DNA of 64,000 nt from Patescibacteria group bacterium. Lineage in GTDB: Bacteria > Patescibacteriota > Minisyncoccia > UBA9983. A program made the position numbers and the translations under genes. The notes under the pieces were generated by a model. It was not told the origin of the DNA and did no database searches. It worked only from the letters and a program-made list of their open reading frames with translations. The stretch is taken from positions 11,533 to 75,532 of the forward strand of contig JAHIOX010000015.1 in the NCBI GenBank assembly GCA_018895015.1, in the 5' to 3' direction. Every line of letters begins with the position of its first letter. Within the stretch, counting starts at the first letter, position 1. Of the stretch, positions 33,588 to 43,918 are shown piece by piece.

Positions 33588-34596
33588 AAAACAAAATAAC
33601 GATACGATAGAACTGGACCACGGCGGAGGAGGATACAAGTCGTGGGAATTGATTGAGGAAATCCGCGGGAATATGGCTGACAGCCGCCGACTGGCGAAAA
33701 AATGGCAAAATTGCGAAGACGACGCGGCAGTTTATAATTTAGGAAAACAAAAATTGGTTTTTACCACAGACGCTTTTATAATTGACCCGATATTTTTCCC
33801 GAGTGGCGACATAGGAAAAATAGCCGCTTGCGGCACAATAAACGATTTGGCGGTAATGGGCGCGAAACCGATAGGCCTTTCTTTAAGCATTGTGATTGAG
33901 GAAGGTTTTTCAAAAAAAGATTTGCTGAAAATCATCCGTTCAATAAATAATGTTTCCAAAGAAAGCGGCGTCCCTATTGTCACCGGCGACACCAAAGTAA
34001 CTGAGAAAGGGAAACTGGACAAAATTGAAATCACCACCGCCGGCGTCGGTCTAGCCGGGAAAATAATTGAAAATAAAGGAATTGAGACTGGCGATTTAAT
34101 AATCGCTTCCGGAGATCTTGGCGAACATGGCATAGCTCTGCTTTCGCAAAGATTTAATTGCAAAAGCAAAATAAAAAGCGATTGCAAACCTTTGAACAAA
34201 GAGATTGGAAGCGTCGCGAGCTATCTGCATTCTTGCAAAGACCCGACGCGCGGAGGATTGGCGGCGAATTTATATGAAATGGCGGAAAAATCCGGAGCGC
34301 GTATTATTTTGGAAGAAAAAAAACTTCCATACAAAAAAGAGGCTTTTGCCCTAGCGGAACTTTTGGGGATTGATATCTTTTCACTGCCCTCCGAGGGTAG
34401 ATTTATTGCTGCTGTTTCAGAAGGAGACGCGGAAAAAACTTTAAAAATACTTAAAAAAAATAATCCTGAAGCAAAAATCATAGGCAGAGCTGAAAAAGCA
34501 AGCAATAAAAACAGCGGCGTCTTCTTAAAAACAAGTATCGGCGGAATAAGGGAAATTGAAATGCCGAGAGGAAAATTAATTCCCAGAATTTGCTGA
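33577..34596 (+). CDS. hypE: Hydrogenase maturation protein HypE
   Basis: HGGGG, DDAA, TTD, GT.NDLA..GA, GDTKV, DPTRGG, C-terminal PRIC. Confidence 0.95.
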   Translation: MRAKKQNNDTIELDHGGGGYKSWELIEEIRGNMADSRRLAKKWQNCEDDAAVYNLGKQKLVFTTDAFIIDPIFFPSGDIGKIAACGTINDLAVMGAKPIGLSLSIVIEEGFSKKDLLKIIRSINNVSKESGVPIVTGDTKVTEKGKLDKIEITTAGVGLAGKIIENKGIETGDLIIASGDLGEHGIALLSQRFNCKSKIKSDCKPLNKEIGSVASYLHSCKDPTRGGLAANLYEMAEKSGARIILEEKKLPYKKEAFALAELLGIDIFSLPSEGRFIAAVSEGDAEKTLKILKKNNPEAKIIGRAEKASNKNSGVFLKTSIGGIREIEMPRGKLIPRIC

Positions 34597-35706
34597 CAAA
34601 TAATAAAAAACCTGACCAAAAGAAATTCCGGCGTCTCCGCGAGGAATTTTTTTATTGGCAACAGCTCCTTTTGATTCAAAATATTCGGAAATAATTTTAT
34701 TGTTCGCCATTCCCCCGCCAAAATAAACCGGCGCTTCCATATTTTTGGCTAAAAAATTATCCTCAACTATTTTATAAAGCCCTTTCGCCAGATAACTTTG
34801 GGCCGCGGCCGCCTTTTTATTTTTCTGGCGCGTGTTTTTCGCAAGATATTTAAAAAGCGGCGCTAAGCGCAAAATAAAAATTCCATTTTCATTTTTTATT
34901 TCCGGCTTAATATCCTTATAAACTACTGATGAATTTTTTTCCAATAAATCAATCGGCTCGTGCTTATAACCCCTTCTGTTTCCGCAAAAACCCAATAAAA
35001 TTGAAGCCGCGTCCAATACTCTTGCCGAGCTTGATGTTTCCGCGCAGTTAAAATTTTGCATGAGCTGATTGCGCAAAATCTCAAATTGTTTTTTTGAATA
35101 ATATTTTTTTAAATATTTATAAACCGATTCTTTGTCTAAAAATCCGCTTAAAATAACCATCAGCATTCTGGCTGGCTCCTCCACAGCCAATTCTCCGCCA
35201 AGCATAATTTGATTCTCCAAATGCCCTATCCTTTCAACGGCTACAGCGCTACGCGCGGAAAACCGGTTTTTAATTTTAATTCTGAAAATTTCTCCGCCCC
35301 ATATTTTTCCATCCAAACCATAACCTGTACCATCCATAGCTATTCCGCAAAAATTATCTGTTTTTCCAAAATTCGCCTCTCCATACGCGGAAAAAATATG
35401 CGCTATGTGATGCTGAACCTGAAAAAATTTCGCTCCGAATTTTCGCGCGAGCTCGTTTCCCATGGCTGTAGTTTTAAAAAGCGGATGTAAATCTGATATG
35501 ACTATATCCGGCTTTATATCATTTTGCTTTAAATATTCCAAAACTGATTTTTTGAAAAACCGGAAATTAGCTTCGTCTAAAAGATCTCCGAAATCATCTG
35601 ACAAAAATATTTTTCCTTTTCTGCAAACGCAAAAAACGCCGCAAGATTCGGCGCCCAATGCTATGACCGTTTTTTTCTTTTGAAAAGGCGTATTAAACCT
35701 TATCAC
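34576..35706 (-). CDS. hypF: Truncated HypF (Kae1-like carbamoyltransferase domain only)
   Basis: DLHP, QHH.AH, DGTGYG.DG.IWGGE, SS.R..DA, GD.GIS.GQ; lacks acylphosphatase, zinc-finger and YrdC domains; start uncertain (GTG 35706). Confidence 0.85.
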   Translation of the reverse strand: MIRFNTPFQKKKTVIALGAESCGVFCVCRKGKIFLSDDFGDLLDEANFRFFKKSVLEYLKQNDIKPDIVISDLHPLFKTTAMGNELARKFGAKFFQVQHHIAHIFSAYGEANFGKTDNFCGIAMDGTGYGLDGKIWGGEIFRIKIKNRFSARSAVAVERIGHLENQIMLGGELAVEEPARMLMVILSGFLDKESVYKYLKKYYSKKQFEILRNQLMQNFNCAETSSSARVLDAASILLGFCGNRRGYKHEPIDLLEKNSSVVYKDIKPEIKNENGIFILRLAPLFKYLAKNTRQKNKKAAAAQSYLAKGLYKIVEDNFLAKNMEAPVYFGGGMANNKIISEYFESKGAVANKKIPRGDAGISFGQVFYYLSANSGN

Positions 35707-35717
35707 ATTTTTATGCT

Positions 35718-35918
35718 CTATCTTGATACAAAAGGAATGAGTCCCAAGAATCGGCACCGTTTTACCGCGCGCGCCAATTTTCTCTGGTGTTTGGCGCAGA
35801 CATTTGTTTCTTCTCTTGGCAAAATTTTTGACTGAAAATTCAAAAATTTTTTAAGAAGCTCCGACTCTTTGTAATCAACCTCTTTTATATTGTTTGTGCA
35901 AAAATAACACTGTCGCAT
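35718..35918 (-). CDS. rpsR: 30S ribosomal protein S18 (Zn-binding form)
   Basis: CYFC..VDYK..KILPR...VCAKHQR.LARAVKR.R..GL.P. Confidence 0.95.
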   Translation of the reverse strand: MRQCYFCTNNIKEVDYKESELLKKFLNFQSKILPREETNVCAKHQRKLARAVKRCRFLGLIPFVSR

Positions 35919-35931
35919 GGTTTTTATAAAA

Positions 35932-36369
35932 TTAAAAAGGTATTTCCTCCGGGTTAATATCTTCTTCCGGATACTCTATTGTTTCCAATTCTTCCGGCGC
36001 GCTTTCCGGCTTTTGCTTTTGAGAAACGCCCTGGCTCTCCGCTCTTCGCGGCCCAAACTGAATTCTCTCCGCCACTATTTCCGTCCTATTCTTTTTTGAG
36101 CCGTCCTGCGCATCCCAATTTCTTGTTTGTATCCTGCCTTCCACAAAAACAAGGCTTCCTTTTTTTAAATATTGCGACGCTAAGTCAGCCAATTTCCCGA
36201 ATACCACTATATTGTGGAATTGGGCATCTTGCTGATTTTGGCCCTGCTGATTTTTCCAAATTCTGTTAGTCGCCACCCCAAAAGAAACTACCGGCACGCC
36301 CGACGGCAACGACCTTGATTCCGGGTCTCTTGTCAAATTTCCTATAATAAACGCTTTATTTAAATTCAT
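35932..36369 (-). CDS. ssb: Single-stranded DNA-binding protein
   Basis: NKA.IIGNLTRDPE, KGSLV.VEGR.QTR.W, C-terminal EEIPF. Confidence 0.97.
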   Translation of the reverse strand: MNLNKAFIIGNLTRDPESRSLPSGVPVVSFGVATNRIWKNQQGQNQQDAQFHNIVVFGKLADLASQYLKKGSLVFVEGRIQTRNWDAQDGSKKNRTEIVAERIQFGPRRAESQGVSQKQKPESAPEELETIEYPEEDINPEEIPF

Positions 36370-36381
36370 AATCGTAAAAAT

Positions 36382-36825
36382 TTATACTCCTAATAATTCT
36401 TCTAATTTTTTATCAATCTCTTCACTTTTTATTCCCGTCTTCTCATCCATTCCTTCTGTTTTTTTCACTCCGGCAATTTTCTTTCTGCCAATCAGTTTTT
36501 TATCGCGCAATTTTACAACGCCTGTTTCTTTTGCCGGTTTAATAACCAAAAAGCGAAGAACGTTGTCATTTTTTTCAAAAGACGCTGAAATATCATTTAT
36601 AATTTCTGAATTTGCCATAAATTTAACCCAGCCAAAATGCGCGCTGTCAAAACTTTTTATTGAATACGCTAATTTTTGCGCTTTCGGGCGGCCTTCCATT
36701 AAAATAAGGCCATGCTTATCTTCTATGAATTTTCTCAGATTGGAAACATTATCATCCAGCTTGTCTTCCGGGATAAGCGGCGTCAGCAAATAACCTATTT
36801 CATATGTATTTTGATTTTTTTCCAT
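36382..36825 (-). CDS. rpsF: 30S ribosomal protein S6
   Basis: YE...L.P, LAYSIK, VLRFLVI; rpsF-ssb-rpsR synteny. Confidence 0.92.
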   Translation of the reverse strand: MEKNQNTYEIGYLLTPLIPEDKLDDNVSNLRKFIEDKHGLILMEGRPKAQKLAYSIKSFDSAHFGWVKFMANSEIINDISASFEKNDNVLRFLVIKPAKETGVVKLRDKKLIGRKKIAGVKKTEGMDEKTGIKSEEIDKKLEELLGV

Positions 36826-36901
36826 AAAACCATACTAACAAATAAATATAGTTTAGGCAATCCCATGTGACTGGACAAGGCAAAAATGATATAATTAAAC
36901 A

Positions 36902-38050
36902 ATGAAAATCAAGCAATCCATATTTAAAGAATACGATATCAGGGGGAGGTATCCGAGCGAAATAAACAAAGACGCCGCTTATAAAATAGGCAGGGCTTTG
37001 GCCATTTTTTTAAAACTTAAACACAAAAATAAGATTATTGTTGCCAGAGATGGCCGCCCGAGCTCTCCGGCGCTCTCTAAAGCTTTTGTTTCCGGAATAA
37101 TTGATTCCGGCGCCAGCGCGATAGACATAGGCATAGTTACAACCCCAACGCTTTATTTCGCTGTCCCATTTTTAAAAGCCGACGGAGGCGCGATGGTCAC
37201 CGCTTCGCACAACCCGATAAGCGATAACGGGATAAAGCTTGTCAAAAAAGAGTCGGAGCCGCTCAACGAAAAATCTTTATTAAAAATTTATGAAATCGCG
37301 AACAATCTTCCGGATAGACTCCCGGGCAAACTGGGAGAATATAAAAAAATGGATGTTGAAAAAGATTATCTTGAAGCAATGCTCAGCGATTACAAAATTA
37401 ACAAGCCTGGCTTTTCTTATTCTTTTGATTACGACGGCGACCGGTTAATGCTCAAAAATAAAAATGGTAAAGAAATAAGAGGCGACATAGCCGGAGGCAT
37501 TATGGCCGACACAGTCGCGAACGCCGGTGATACCATTGTTTACGACGTAAGATGTTCGCACGGCGTCGTAAAGTATTTTGAAAACAAAGGAATCATTGCC
37601 GCTCCAAGCCGAACTGGGCACTCCAATATCAAAAAATTAATGAGAGAAAAAAACGCAATCTTTGGCATGGAAATAACCGGCCATTACTATTTTAAAAAAT
37701 TCCATTATTGCGAATCGCCATTGTACGGAATAAAAAAAATAGCTGAAAAAATAAGCGAGAGCGGAAAAAACATTGATGAATTGTCAAAGCCCTTTATGAA
37801 ATACTGCCATTCAGGAATAATAAACACCTCTGCCAAGGGCGGGCGAATCGAAAAAATTATAGAAAAATTGAAAGAAGAATATAAAAATGGAGCCCAGAAT
37901 GAACTGGACGGCTTAACAGTAGAATTTTCAAACTGGTGGTTCAACATCCAGCCGTCTCAAACAGAACCAATTATACGGCTAGTGATAGAAACAAAAACAC
38001 CGCAACTTTTAGCGGAAAAGAAAAAAGAATTGTTGAAACTTATATCTTAA
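36902..38050 (+). CDS. Phosphomannomutase/phosphoglucomutase-family protein, internally shortened
   Basis: FKEYDIRG, TASHNP..NG.K, FDYDGDR, E..GHYYF, S.TEP..R. Confidence 0.85.
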   Translation: MKIKQSIFKEYDIRGRYPSEINKDAAYKIGRALAIFLKLKHKNKIIVARDGRPSSPALSKAFVSGIIDSGASAIDIGIVTTPTLYFAVPFLKADGGAMVTASHNPISDNGIKLVKKESEPLNEKSLLKIYEIANNLPDRLPGKLGEYKKMDVEKDYLEAMLSDYKINKPGFSYSFDYDGDRLMLKNKNGKEIRGDIAGGIMADTVANAGDTIVYDVRCSHGVVKYFENKGIIAAPSRTGHSNIKKLMREKNAIFGMEITGHYYFKKFHYCESPLYGIKKIAEKISESGKNIDELSKPFMKYCHSGIINTSAKGGRIEKIIEKLKEEYKNGAQNELDGLTVEFSNWWFNIQPSQTEPIIRLVIETKTPQLLAEKKKELLKLIS

Positions 38051-38829
38051 ATTCTAAATAAGTTTAATGCGTTGGCGGTTGTGACTTTTGCCGCTTCTTC
38101 TTCTGAAATGCCTTTTATCTCCGCGATTTTTTTGGCAACCTCAATAACATACGACGGCTCGTTGCGCTGGCCCCTGTAAGTAATCGGCGCAACGAACGGC
38201 GCGTCGGTTTCAATCATAATTTTATCCAACGGCGCGTTTCTGATTATTTCATCATAGTCTCGAGCAAAAGTGATAACGCCAGTGAAAGAAATTAAAAATC
38301 CCAGTTCAAAATATTTTTCCGCCTGCTCCAGACTGCCGGAGAAAAAATGAATATCGCCTCGCAGTTTTTGGCATTTATGCAAATTAAGAATTTCCAAAAC
38401 ATCTTTGTGCGCATCGCGGCAATGAATCATTAATGGCTTATCCAATTCTATCGCCAATTCAATCTGTTGTTTTAAAATATCTTTTTGTCTTGCTAAATAA
38501 TCTTTTTCTCTGCGAAAAATATCAATTCCGCATTCCCCTATTGCCATCACTTTTGGATGTTGAGTCAATTTGCGCAACTTGGAAATCCAGTTTCCACTTG
38601 GAAACTGGATTTCCAAGTTCTCTGCATCCGTAGGATGCAGACCCACTGAAGCAAACATCCCTTCGTATTTTCCCGCGATTTCCACGGCCTTTTTAGAGCT
38701 TTCAAAATCCACACCAACAATAATAGTCCAAATTCCATGAGCCAACATCCGTTTGATGACTTCTTCCCTGTCTTTATCAAAATCCGCAAAATTCAAATGC
38801 GAATGAATGTCAAAATATTTTGGAATCAT
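38047..38829 (-). CDS. tatD: TatD-family deoxyribonuclease
   Basis: DIHSHL, GLHP, IGECGID, IHCRDA, HFFSG, ETDAPF. Confidence 0.92.
   Translation of the reverse strand: MIPKYFDIHSHLNFADFDKDREEVIKRMLAHGIWTIIVGVDFESSKKAVEIAGKYEGMFASVGLHPTDAENLEIQFPSGNWISKLRKLTQHPKVMAIGECGIDIFRREKDYLARQKDILKQQIELAIELDKPLMIHCRDAHKDVLEILNLHKCQKLRGDIHFFSGSLEQAEKYFELGFLISFTGVITFARDYDEIIRNAPLDKIMIETDAPFVAPITYRGQRNEPSYVIEVAKKIAEIKGISEEEAAKVTTANALNLFRI
38576..38619. repeat. Family A palindrome, copy in tatD
   Basis: AACTTGGAAATCCAGTTTCCA-CT-TGGAAACTGGATTTCCAAGTT. Confidence 0.95.
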
Positions 38830-38832
38830 AAT

Positions 38833-40266
38833 CTATTTTCTCAAAAACAACGGCTCCGGCATTTTATTCGCTTCAATGGCGCGAAGAATTTTTTCTGAAG
38901 TTTCCGGCAAAAATGGTCCCAGCATAATCGCGACTTCGAAAAGCCCGCTGACTAATTCCAGTAAAATTTTTTTGGCCGCCTTCTCGTCTATTTTTATCAG
39001 CTTGAACGGCTCTGTTTCCTGAATTTTTTTATCCAAATCGGAAATTTTTTGCCAAATAAAATCCATTGCTTTATTCAATTCAAAATCATCCATAAACTTT
39101 TTGTAGTCTTCCGGCACTTGGACATCCAGTGTCCAAGTGGACACTGGATGTCCGCTATCAAAATATTGTTCGCTCATCTTCATAATTCTTGCCGTTAAAT
39201 TTCCCAATCCGTTGGCAAGATTGGCGTTATACGCTTCTTTGAATTTTTCTTCCGTTATGTCGCCGTCTTCAAATATTGTTATCTCTCTCAACAAATAATA
39301 ACGGACCGCGTCTGCCCCGTATCCTTCAATCAAATCAAACGGGTTTATAACATTGCCCAAAGTTTTAGACATTTTTCTGCCGCCGGAAAGCGCAAATCCG
39401 TGCACTAAAATTTCTTTAGGCAAAGGCAAGCCGGCGGACAAAAGCATCGCCGGCCATACAATCGCGTGGAAACGTGAAATGTCTTTGCCTATGACATGCA
39501 AATCCGCCGGCCAAAATTTCGCAAAATTGATATCGTCAGTGCTTCCATATCCAAGAGCGGAAATATAATTCGCGAGCGCGTCGCACCAAACATACATAAT
39601 CTGGCTTGAATCATTTGGAACGGGCACGCCCCAATCCAACTTTTCAACCGGCCTTGAAAAACTTATATCTTCCAACCCGTCGCCAAGCATCACCAGCGCC
39701 TCGTTTTTTCTTGAAACAGGAATAATTTTAAATTCGTCTGATTTTATTTTATTTTTTATTTCTTCCGCGTATTTTGAAAGCCTGAAAAAATAATTTTTTT
39801 CTTCAATCAATTCCGGCTCCTTGTCGTGAATCGGGCATTTCCCGTCAACTAATTCTTTTTCAGTTATATACGCCTCGCATCCGATGCAATAATATCCTTT
39901 GTATTTTGCCTTATAAATATCGCCGGAATCATCAAGTTTTTTCCAGAGCGACTGCACGCCAGGCCAATGCCGTTTTTTATCAGTAGTCCGTATAAAATCG
40001 TCAATTGAAATGCTCAATGCCACTGCAAGCTTTTTGTACATTTCAACATTTTCGTCAACAAAATCTTTTACATTCTTGCCGCGCGCTTCGGCCATTTTCA
40101 ATATTTTAATCCCGTGCTCATCCGCACCTGATAAAAAATAAACTTCTTTTCCCAAAAAACGCTGGTATCGGGCAATAACATCCGCCTGCGTTTTCTCCAG
40201 CGCGTGGCCAAAATGAGGAACGTCACTGGCATAATCAATGGCAGTTGTAATATAAAATTTTTCCAT
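38833..40266 (-). CDS. metG: Methionyl-tRNA synthetase
   Basis: FYITTAI.Y, HFGH, YVW.DAL.NY, GKDI.RFH, KMSKT. Confidence 0.96.
   Translation of the reverse strand: MEKFYITTAIDYASDVPHFGHALEKTQADVIARYQRFLGKEVYFLSGADEHGIKILKMAEARGKNVKDFVDENVEMYKKLAVALSISIDDFIRTTDKKRHWPGVQSLWKKLDDSGDIYKAKYKGYYCIGCEAYITEKELVDGKCPIHDKEPELIEEKNYFFRLSKYAEEIKNKIKSDEFKIIPVSRKNEALVMLGDGLEDISFSRPVEKLDWGVPVPNDSSQIMYVWCDALANYISALGYGSTDDINFAKFWPADLHVIGKDISRFHAIVWPAMLLSAGLPLPKEILVHGFALSGGRKMSKTLGNVINPFDLIEGYGADAVRYYLLREITIFEDGDITEEKFKEAYNANLANGLGNLTARIMKMSEQYFDSGHPVSTWTLDVQVPEDYKKFMDDFELNKAMDFIWQKISDLDKKIQETEPFKLIKIDEKAAKKILLELVSGLFEVAIMLGPFLPETSEKILRAIEANKMPEPLFLRK
39115..39153. repeat. Family A palindrome (GGACA subtype), copy in metG
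   Basis: CACTTGGACATCCAGTGTCCAAGTGGACACTGGATGTCC. Confidence 0.93.
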
Positions 40267-40267
40267 T

Positions 40268-41308
40268 TTAACCGGCAGCCCTATGTTTTTTATGGTCAAT
40301 ATCATTCAAAATTTCAACCAGAATAGTAACCACGGGGACAGCCAAAAGCATGCCGATTAACCCGGCCAATTTAGCCCCTGCCACAAGAGCCAAAATCGTC
40401 ATTATTGGCGGGATGCCGACTATTTTTCTTACCACCAGCGGATAGATCAAATGATTTTCAAATTGCTGGACTACGATATAAAGAATAAGAACCTTAAGAG
40501 CCAAAATCGGGCTGATAGACAAAGCCACGGCTATCGGCGGAATAGACGCTAAAATGGGGCCGAATACCGGAATTAGCTCAAACATTCCGGCAAGGAGCGC
40601 GAAAGCAAGCGCGTATTCAATGCCCAATATGCTCAAGCCAAGGAAAGAAAGAACGGCTATTATTACGCCGAGCAAAAACTGGCCCTGCAACCAAAGCCCG
40701 ATCTTCCGGCGAGCCCTTAGCCATAAATCAATAATATACTCTTCGTGCTTGATTGGTATAATGATGCGAAGAAAATTTTCTATTCCTTTTTCCTGAACAG
40801 ACAAGTAAAAAGAAAGCACGACTACCAAAACAAGCGAAACCGCCCCACCGAAAAGGCTTGCGGCGCCATGGGAAAAATCGGTTTTAAAATTCTCTAAATA
40901 TCGAGAGGCGTCTGCGGCAAAATTCCTTAACAAACCGGAAATAGATGAAGGGAAAACCGCGAGAAGCTCGTCTAAAACATTTTGCTCGGCTGGTCTTTCA
41001 AAATAAGCGTCCATTTTTACGACAAATGAAGAAAATTCAGAAAAAATCGCGGGAATTATGATATAAAACATCAATCCAATCGCCACAAAAGTTATAAGAT
41101 ATATAAAAATAACGGCTGGAGTGCGAGGAATCTTTCTTTTTTGGAACCAAACGGCGGCAGGCTCCACGCCAGAAGCTATTACAACCGAAAGAAGAATTAC
41201 CGCGATCAAATCGCGTGTCAAATAAAGAAAAATTAAAAGCAAAACGGTAAAAACAACTTTTATAATAGCGCCTGTCGCGATATTGATTGTTATTTTTTTA
41301 TCAGTCAT
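40268..41308 (-). CDS. AI-2E family (UPF0118/PerM) transporter
   Basis: W..GQ, ELIP.FGP, QQFENH.IYP, G.LLAVP. Confidence 0.88.
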   Translation of the reverse strand: MTDKKITINIATGAIIKVVFTVLLLIFLYLTRDLIAVILLSVVIASGVEPAAVWFQKRKIPRTPAVIFIYLITFVAIGLMFYIIIPAIFSEFSSFVVKMDAYFERPAEQNVLDELLAVFPSSISGLLRNFAADASRYLENFKTDFSHGAASLFGGAVSLVLVVVLSFYLSVQEKGIENFLRIIIPIKHEEYIIDLWLRARRKIGLWLQGQFLLGVIIAVLSFLGLSILGIEYALAFALLAGMFELIPVFGPILASIPPIAVALSISPILALKVLILYIVVQQFENHLIYPLVVRKIVGIPPIMTILALVAGAKLAGLIGMLLAVPVVTILVEILNDIDHKKHRAAG

Positions 41309-41317
41309 GCCAATTGG

Positions 41318-42604
41318 CTATAAATTTGAAAATAATTTTTTATAAAACGCCGCGCTTTCTGCGGTATCTTCCTGATTGCCGATAACAGCCATGTTAATTT
41401 TATTAGACCGGAAAATATCTCTCGCTACTTCCAGAATATCATCCTTGCTTACTTTTTCAATCTTTTTTATAATCTCTTCCGGTTGCATAATCTTTTTATA
41501 AAAAAGCTCCTGCCCGGCGATAAACGACGCGATCTCGTCAGTAGATTCCAATCTTAACGCCATTTGTCCCCTTAAAAACCCCTTTGCGAAATCCAAATCT
41601 TTTTTAGAAATTCCATTCTTTTTAATGCCGCCGATCATATCTGTGATTTTGCCGATGACTTTCTTCAATTTTTCATGAGGAATTCCGGCAGCCATTCCCA
41701 AATATCCGCAATCGGCATACTGGTCGCCAAAAGCGTAAACATAATACGCAAGCCCGAGTTTTTCCCTTATTTCAACAAAAAGGCGCGAAGACATATTCCC
41801 GCCCAAAATCACAGACAAAATATTTAGCGCGTACCTGCGCTCATCAAACATGCTATATCCACTTGCCGCTATCGCGAAATGGGTTTGGTCGGAATCTTTT
41901 CGCAAAATTTTTACATTTGGCGCCTTTTGAAAAACTAAAGTTTTTTTATACGATTTATTTTTGCCATTATCAAGGCGGTCAAAAGCTTTTTCAACTTTTT
42001 GAAAAATTATTTTTTCGTCAATTCCGCCAGCGACAACAACAACAATATTTTTAGAAAAATAGTTTTTTAACTTAAAGTCTATAATGTCGGCGCGCCTTAT
42101 GACGCGGACGTTTTCTTTTGTTCCTATGATATCCCAGCCGACTGGCTGGTCGCCGTAAATAACATTTTCTATAACATCCAAAACTTTTTTTCTTGGTTCA
42201 TCTTCATACATGCTGATTTCCTGCAAAATCACCCCTCGTTCTTTCTCAATCTCTTCTTCCTTAAAAATAGATTCCTGCAAAATATCGGAAACAATATCCA
42301 GGCTTTCATCAAAATCCCCTACCGAAGATTTTACCCAAAATCCCGTATTTTCTTTTGATGTGAAAGCATTATACGACGCGCCCATTCTGTCAAGCTCCTT
42401 AAAAACTTCGCCAGCCTTTGGCCTGTTTTTCGTGCCTTTGAAAAACAAGTGCTCCAAAAAATGAGAAATGCCGTTTATTTTTTTGGTTTCGTGCCGCGAA
42501 CCAACGCCCACCAAAACCAAAAGAGTCACCGCTTCAGTATTTTTCATCGGCGCCGCAAACACCCTTAATCCGTTGTTTAAAACTTTTTTTTCAAAATGAA
42601 TCAT
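41318..42604 (-). CDS. M16-family zinc peptidase
   Basis: G.SHFLEH.FFKGT (HxxEH), NAFTS.E.T, E.GVI..E, SSRLF.EIREK.GLAY. Confidence 0.92.
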   Translation of the reverse strand: MIHFEKKVLNNGLRVFAAPMKNTEAVTLLVLVGVGSRHETKKINGISHFLEHLFFKGTKNRPKAGEVFKELDRMGASYNAFTSKENTGFWVKSSVGDFDESLDIVSDILQESIFKEEEIEKERGVILQEISMYEDEPRKKVLDVIENVIYGDQPVGWDIIGTKENVRVIRRADIIDFKLKNYFSKNIVVVVAGGIDEKIIFQKVEKAFDRLDNGKNKSYKKTLVFQKAPNVKILRKDSDQTHFAIAASGYSMFDERRYALNILSVILGGNMSSRLFVEIREKLGLAYYVYAFGDQYADCGYLGMAAGIPHEKLKKVIGKITDMIGGIKKNGISKKDLDFAKGFLRGQMALRLESTDEIASFIAGQELFYKKIMQPEEIIKKIEKVSKDDILEVARDIFRSNKINMAVIGNQEDTAESAAFYKKLFSNL

Positions 42605-43917
42605 GAAATTGCATTATGCAGGAATTTTGTCAATTCATCAATTTTTACTCTTTCCTGCTCGCCGGTGTCGCGGCTACGGACAGTGACGGTGTCGTTATCC
42701 AAAGTTTCAAAATCAACGGTAACGCAAAACGGCGTGCCGATTTCATCCTGCCTTCTGTAGCGCTTGCCAATATTGCCGTTATCGTCAAACATCGCTGGCT
42801 GAATTCCTGCCTCGCCGGCAGGCGAGTCTTTTTTTACCATGGCATAAACTTCTTTTGCCTTTTCAACCAGCTCCGGTTTGTTTTTCAGCAATGGAAAAAC
42901 CGCGGCTTTAACTGGCGCTATTTTTGGATTAAATTTTAAAACAATTCTTTTTTCGCCTCCCATTTCATCCTCGCTGTACGCCTCGCATAACAACGCCAAA
43001 ATAGTTCTGTCAATTCCAAATGTCGGCTCTATAACATGCGGCGTAAAAGTCTCTTTCGTTTCCTCGTCATAATAATCAAGCCCGTGATTTTTTAAATCAA
43101 AATCGGCGCGATAAGCGATACCATAAAGCTCTCCTCTGCCAAAAGGATAATTATAATCAATATCGATAGTCCTTTTTGAATAATGCGCTCTGTCTTTTTC
43201 TTCCACCTCCCTGTCAAAAATATTTTTTCCGCTTATCCCGATTTCTTTCATCCAATCATGCATCTGGTTCAGCCAATACTCAAAACTTTTCTCCCACGCC
43301 AACACGCCGTTCGGTTGCTTGATAAAATACTCTATTTCCATTTGCTCAAACTCCCTTATCCTGAATATAAAATCACACGGGGTAATTTCATTCCTGAACG
43401 CCTTGCCTATTTGCGCGATGCCAAAAGGAATTTTGGGGTGAAAAGAATCAATGATATTTTTGAAATTAACAAACATCCCTTGCGCGGTTTCCGGGCGCAG
43501 ATAAATCTGCGAAGCGCTGTCTTCCGCCGAGCCGATAAGTGTTTTAAACATTGTGTTAAACTTTCTCGGCTCTGTAATCTCACCGCCGCAAACATGACAA
43601 CAAAATTCTTCCTTTAACTGCTCTGCCCTGAATCTTTTATGGCACTTTTTGCATTCAACAAGCTTGTCGGAAAATTCTTTGATGTGGCCGGACGCCTCCC
43701 AAACTTTTGTGTTCATTAAAATCGCCGAATCAATCCCGTACATATCATCCCTGTCCAGCACAAACTTTTTCCACCACAAACTCTTAATATTGTTTTTCAG
43801 CAAAACTCCGAGCGGGCCGTAATCCCAAGCGCCAGCCAATCCGCCGTAAATATCAGAGCTCGGATAAATAAAACCGCGCCTTTTTGCCAATGATACGATT
43901 TTTTCTAAGTTGTCCAT
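42601..43917 (-). CDS. glyQS: Glycyl-tRNA synthetase (alpha2 type)
   Basis: KRRGF, DYGPLG, YLRPETAQG, GKAFRNEI, REFEQME, IGKRYRRQDEIGTP. Confidence 0.96.
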   Translation of the reverse strand: MDNLEKIVSLAKRRGFIYPSSDIYGGLAGAWDYGPLGVLLKNNIKSLWWKKFVLDRDDMYGIDSAILMNTKVWEASGHIKEFSDKLVECKKCHKRFRAEQLKEEFCCHVCGGEITEPRKFNTMFKTLIGSAEDSASQIYLRPETAQGMFVNFKNIIDSFHPKIPFGIAQIGKAFRNEITPCDFIFRIREFEQMEIEYFIKQPNGVLAWEKSFEYWLNQMHDWMKEIGISGKNIFDREVEEKDRAHYSKRTIDIDYNYPFGRGELYGIAYRADFDLKNHGLDYYDEETKETFTPHVIEPTFGIDRTILALLCEAYSEDEMGGEKRIVLKFNPKIAPVKAAVFPLLKNKPELVEKAKEVYAMVKKDSPAGEAGIQPAMFDDNGNIGKRYRRQDEIGTPFCVTVDFETLDNDTVTVRSRDTGEQERVKIDELTKFLHNAIS

Positions 43918-43918
43918 T

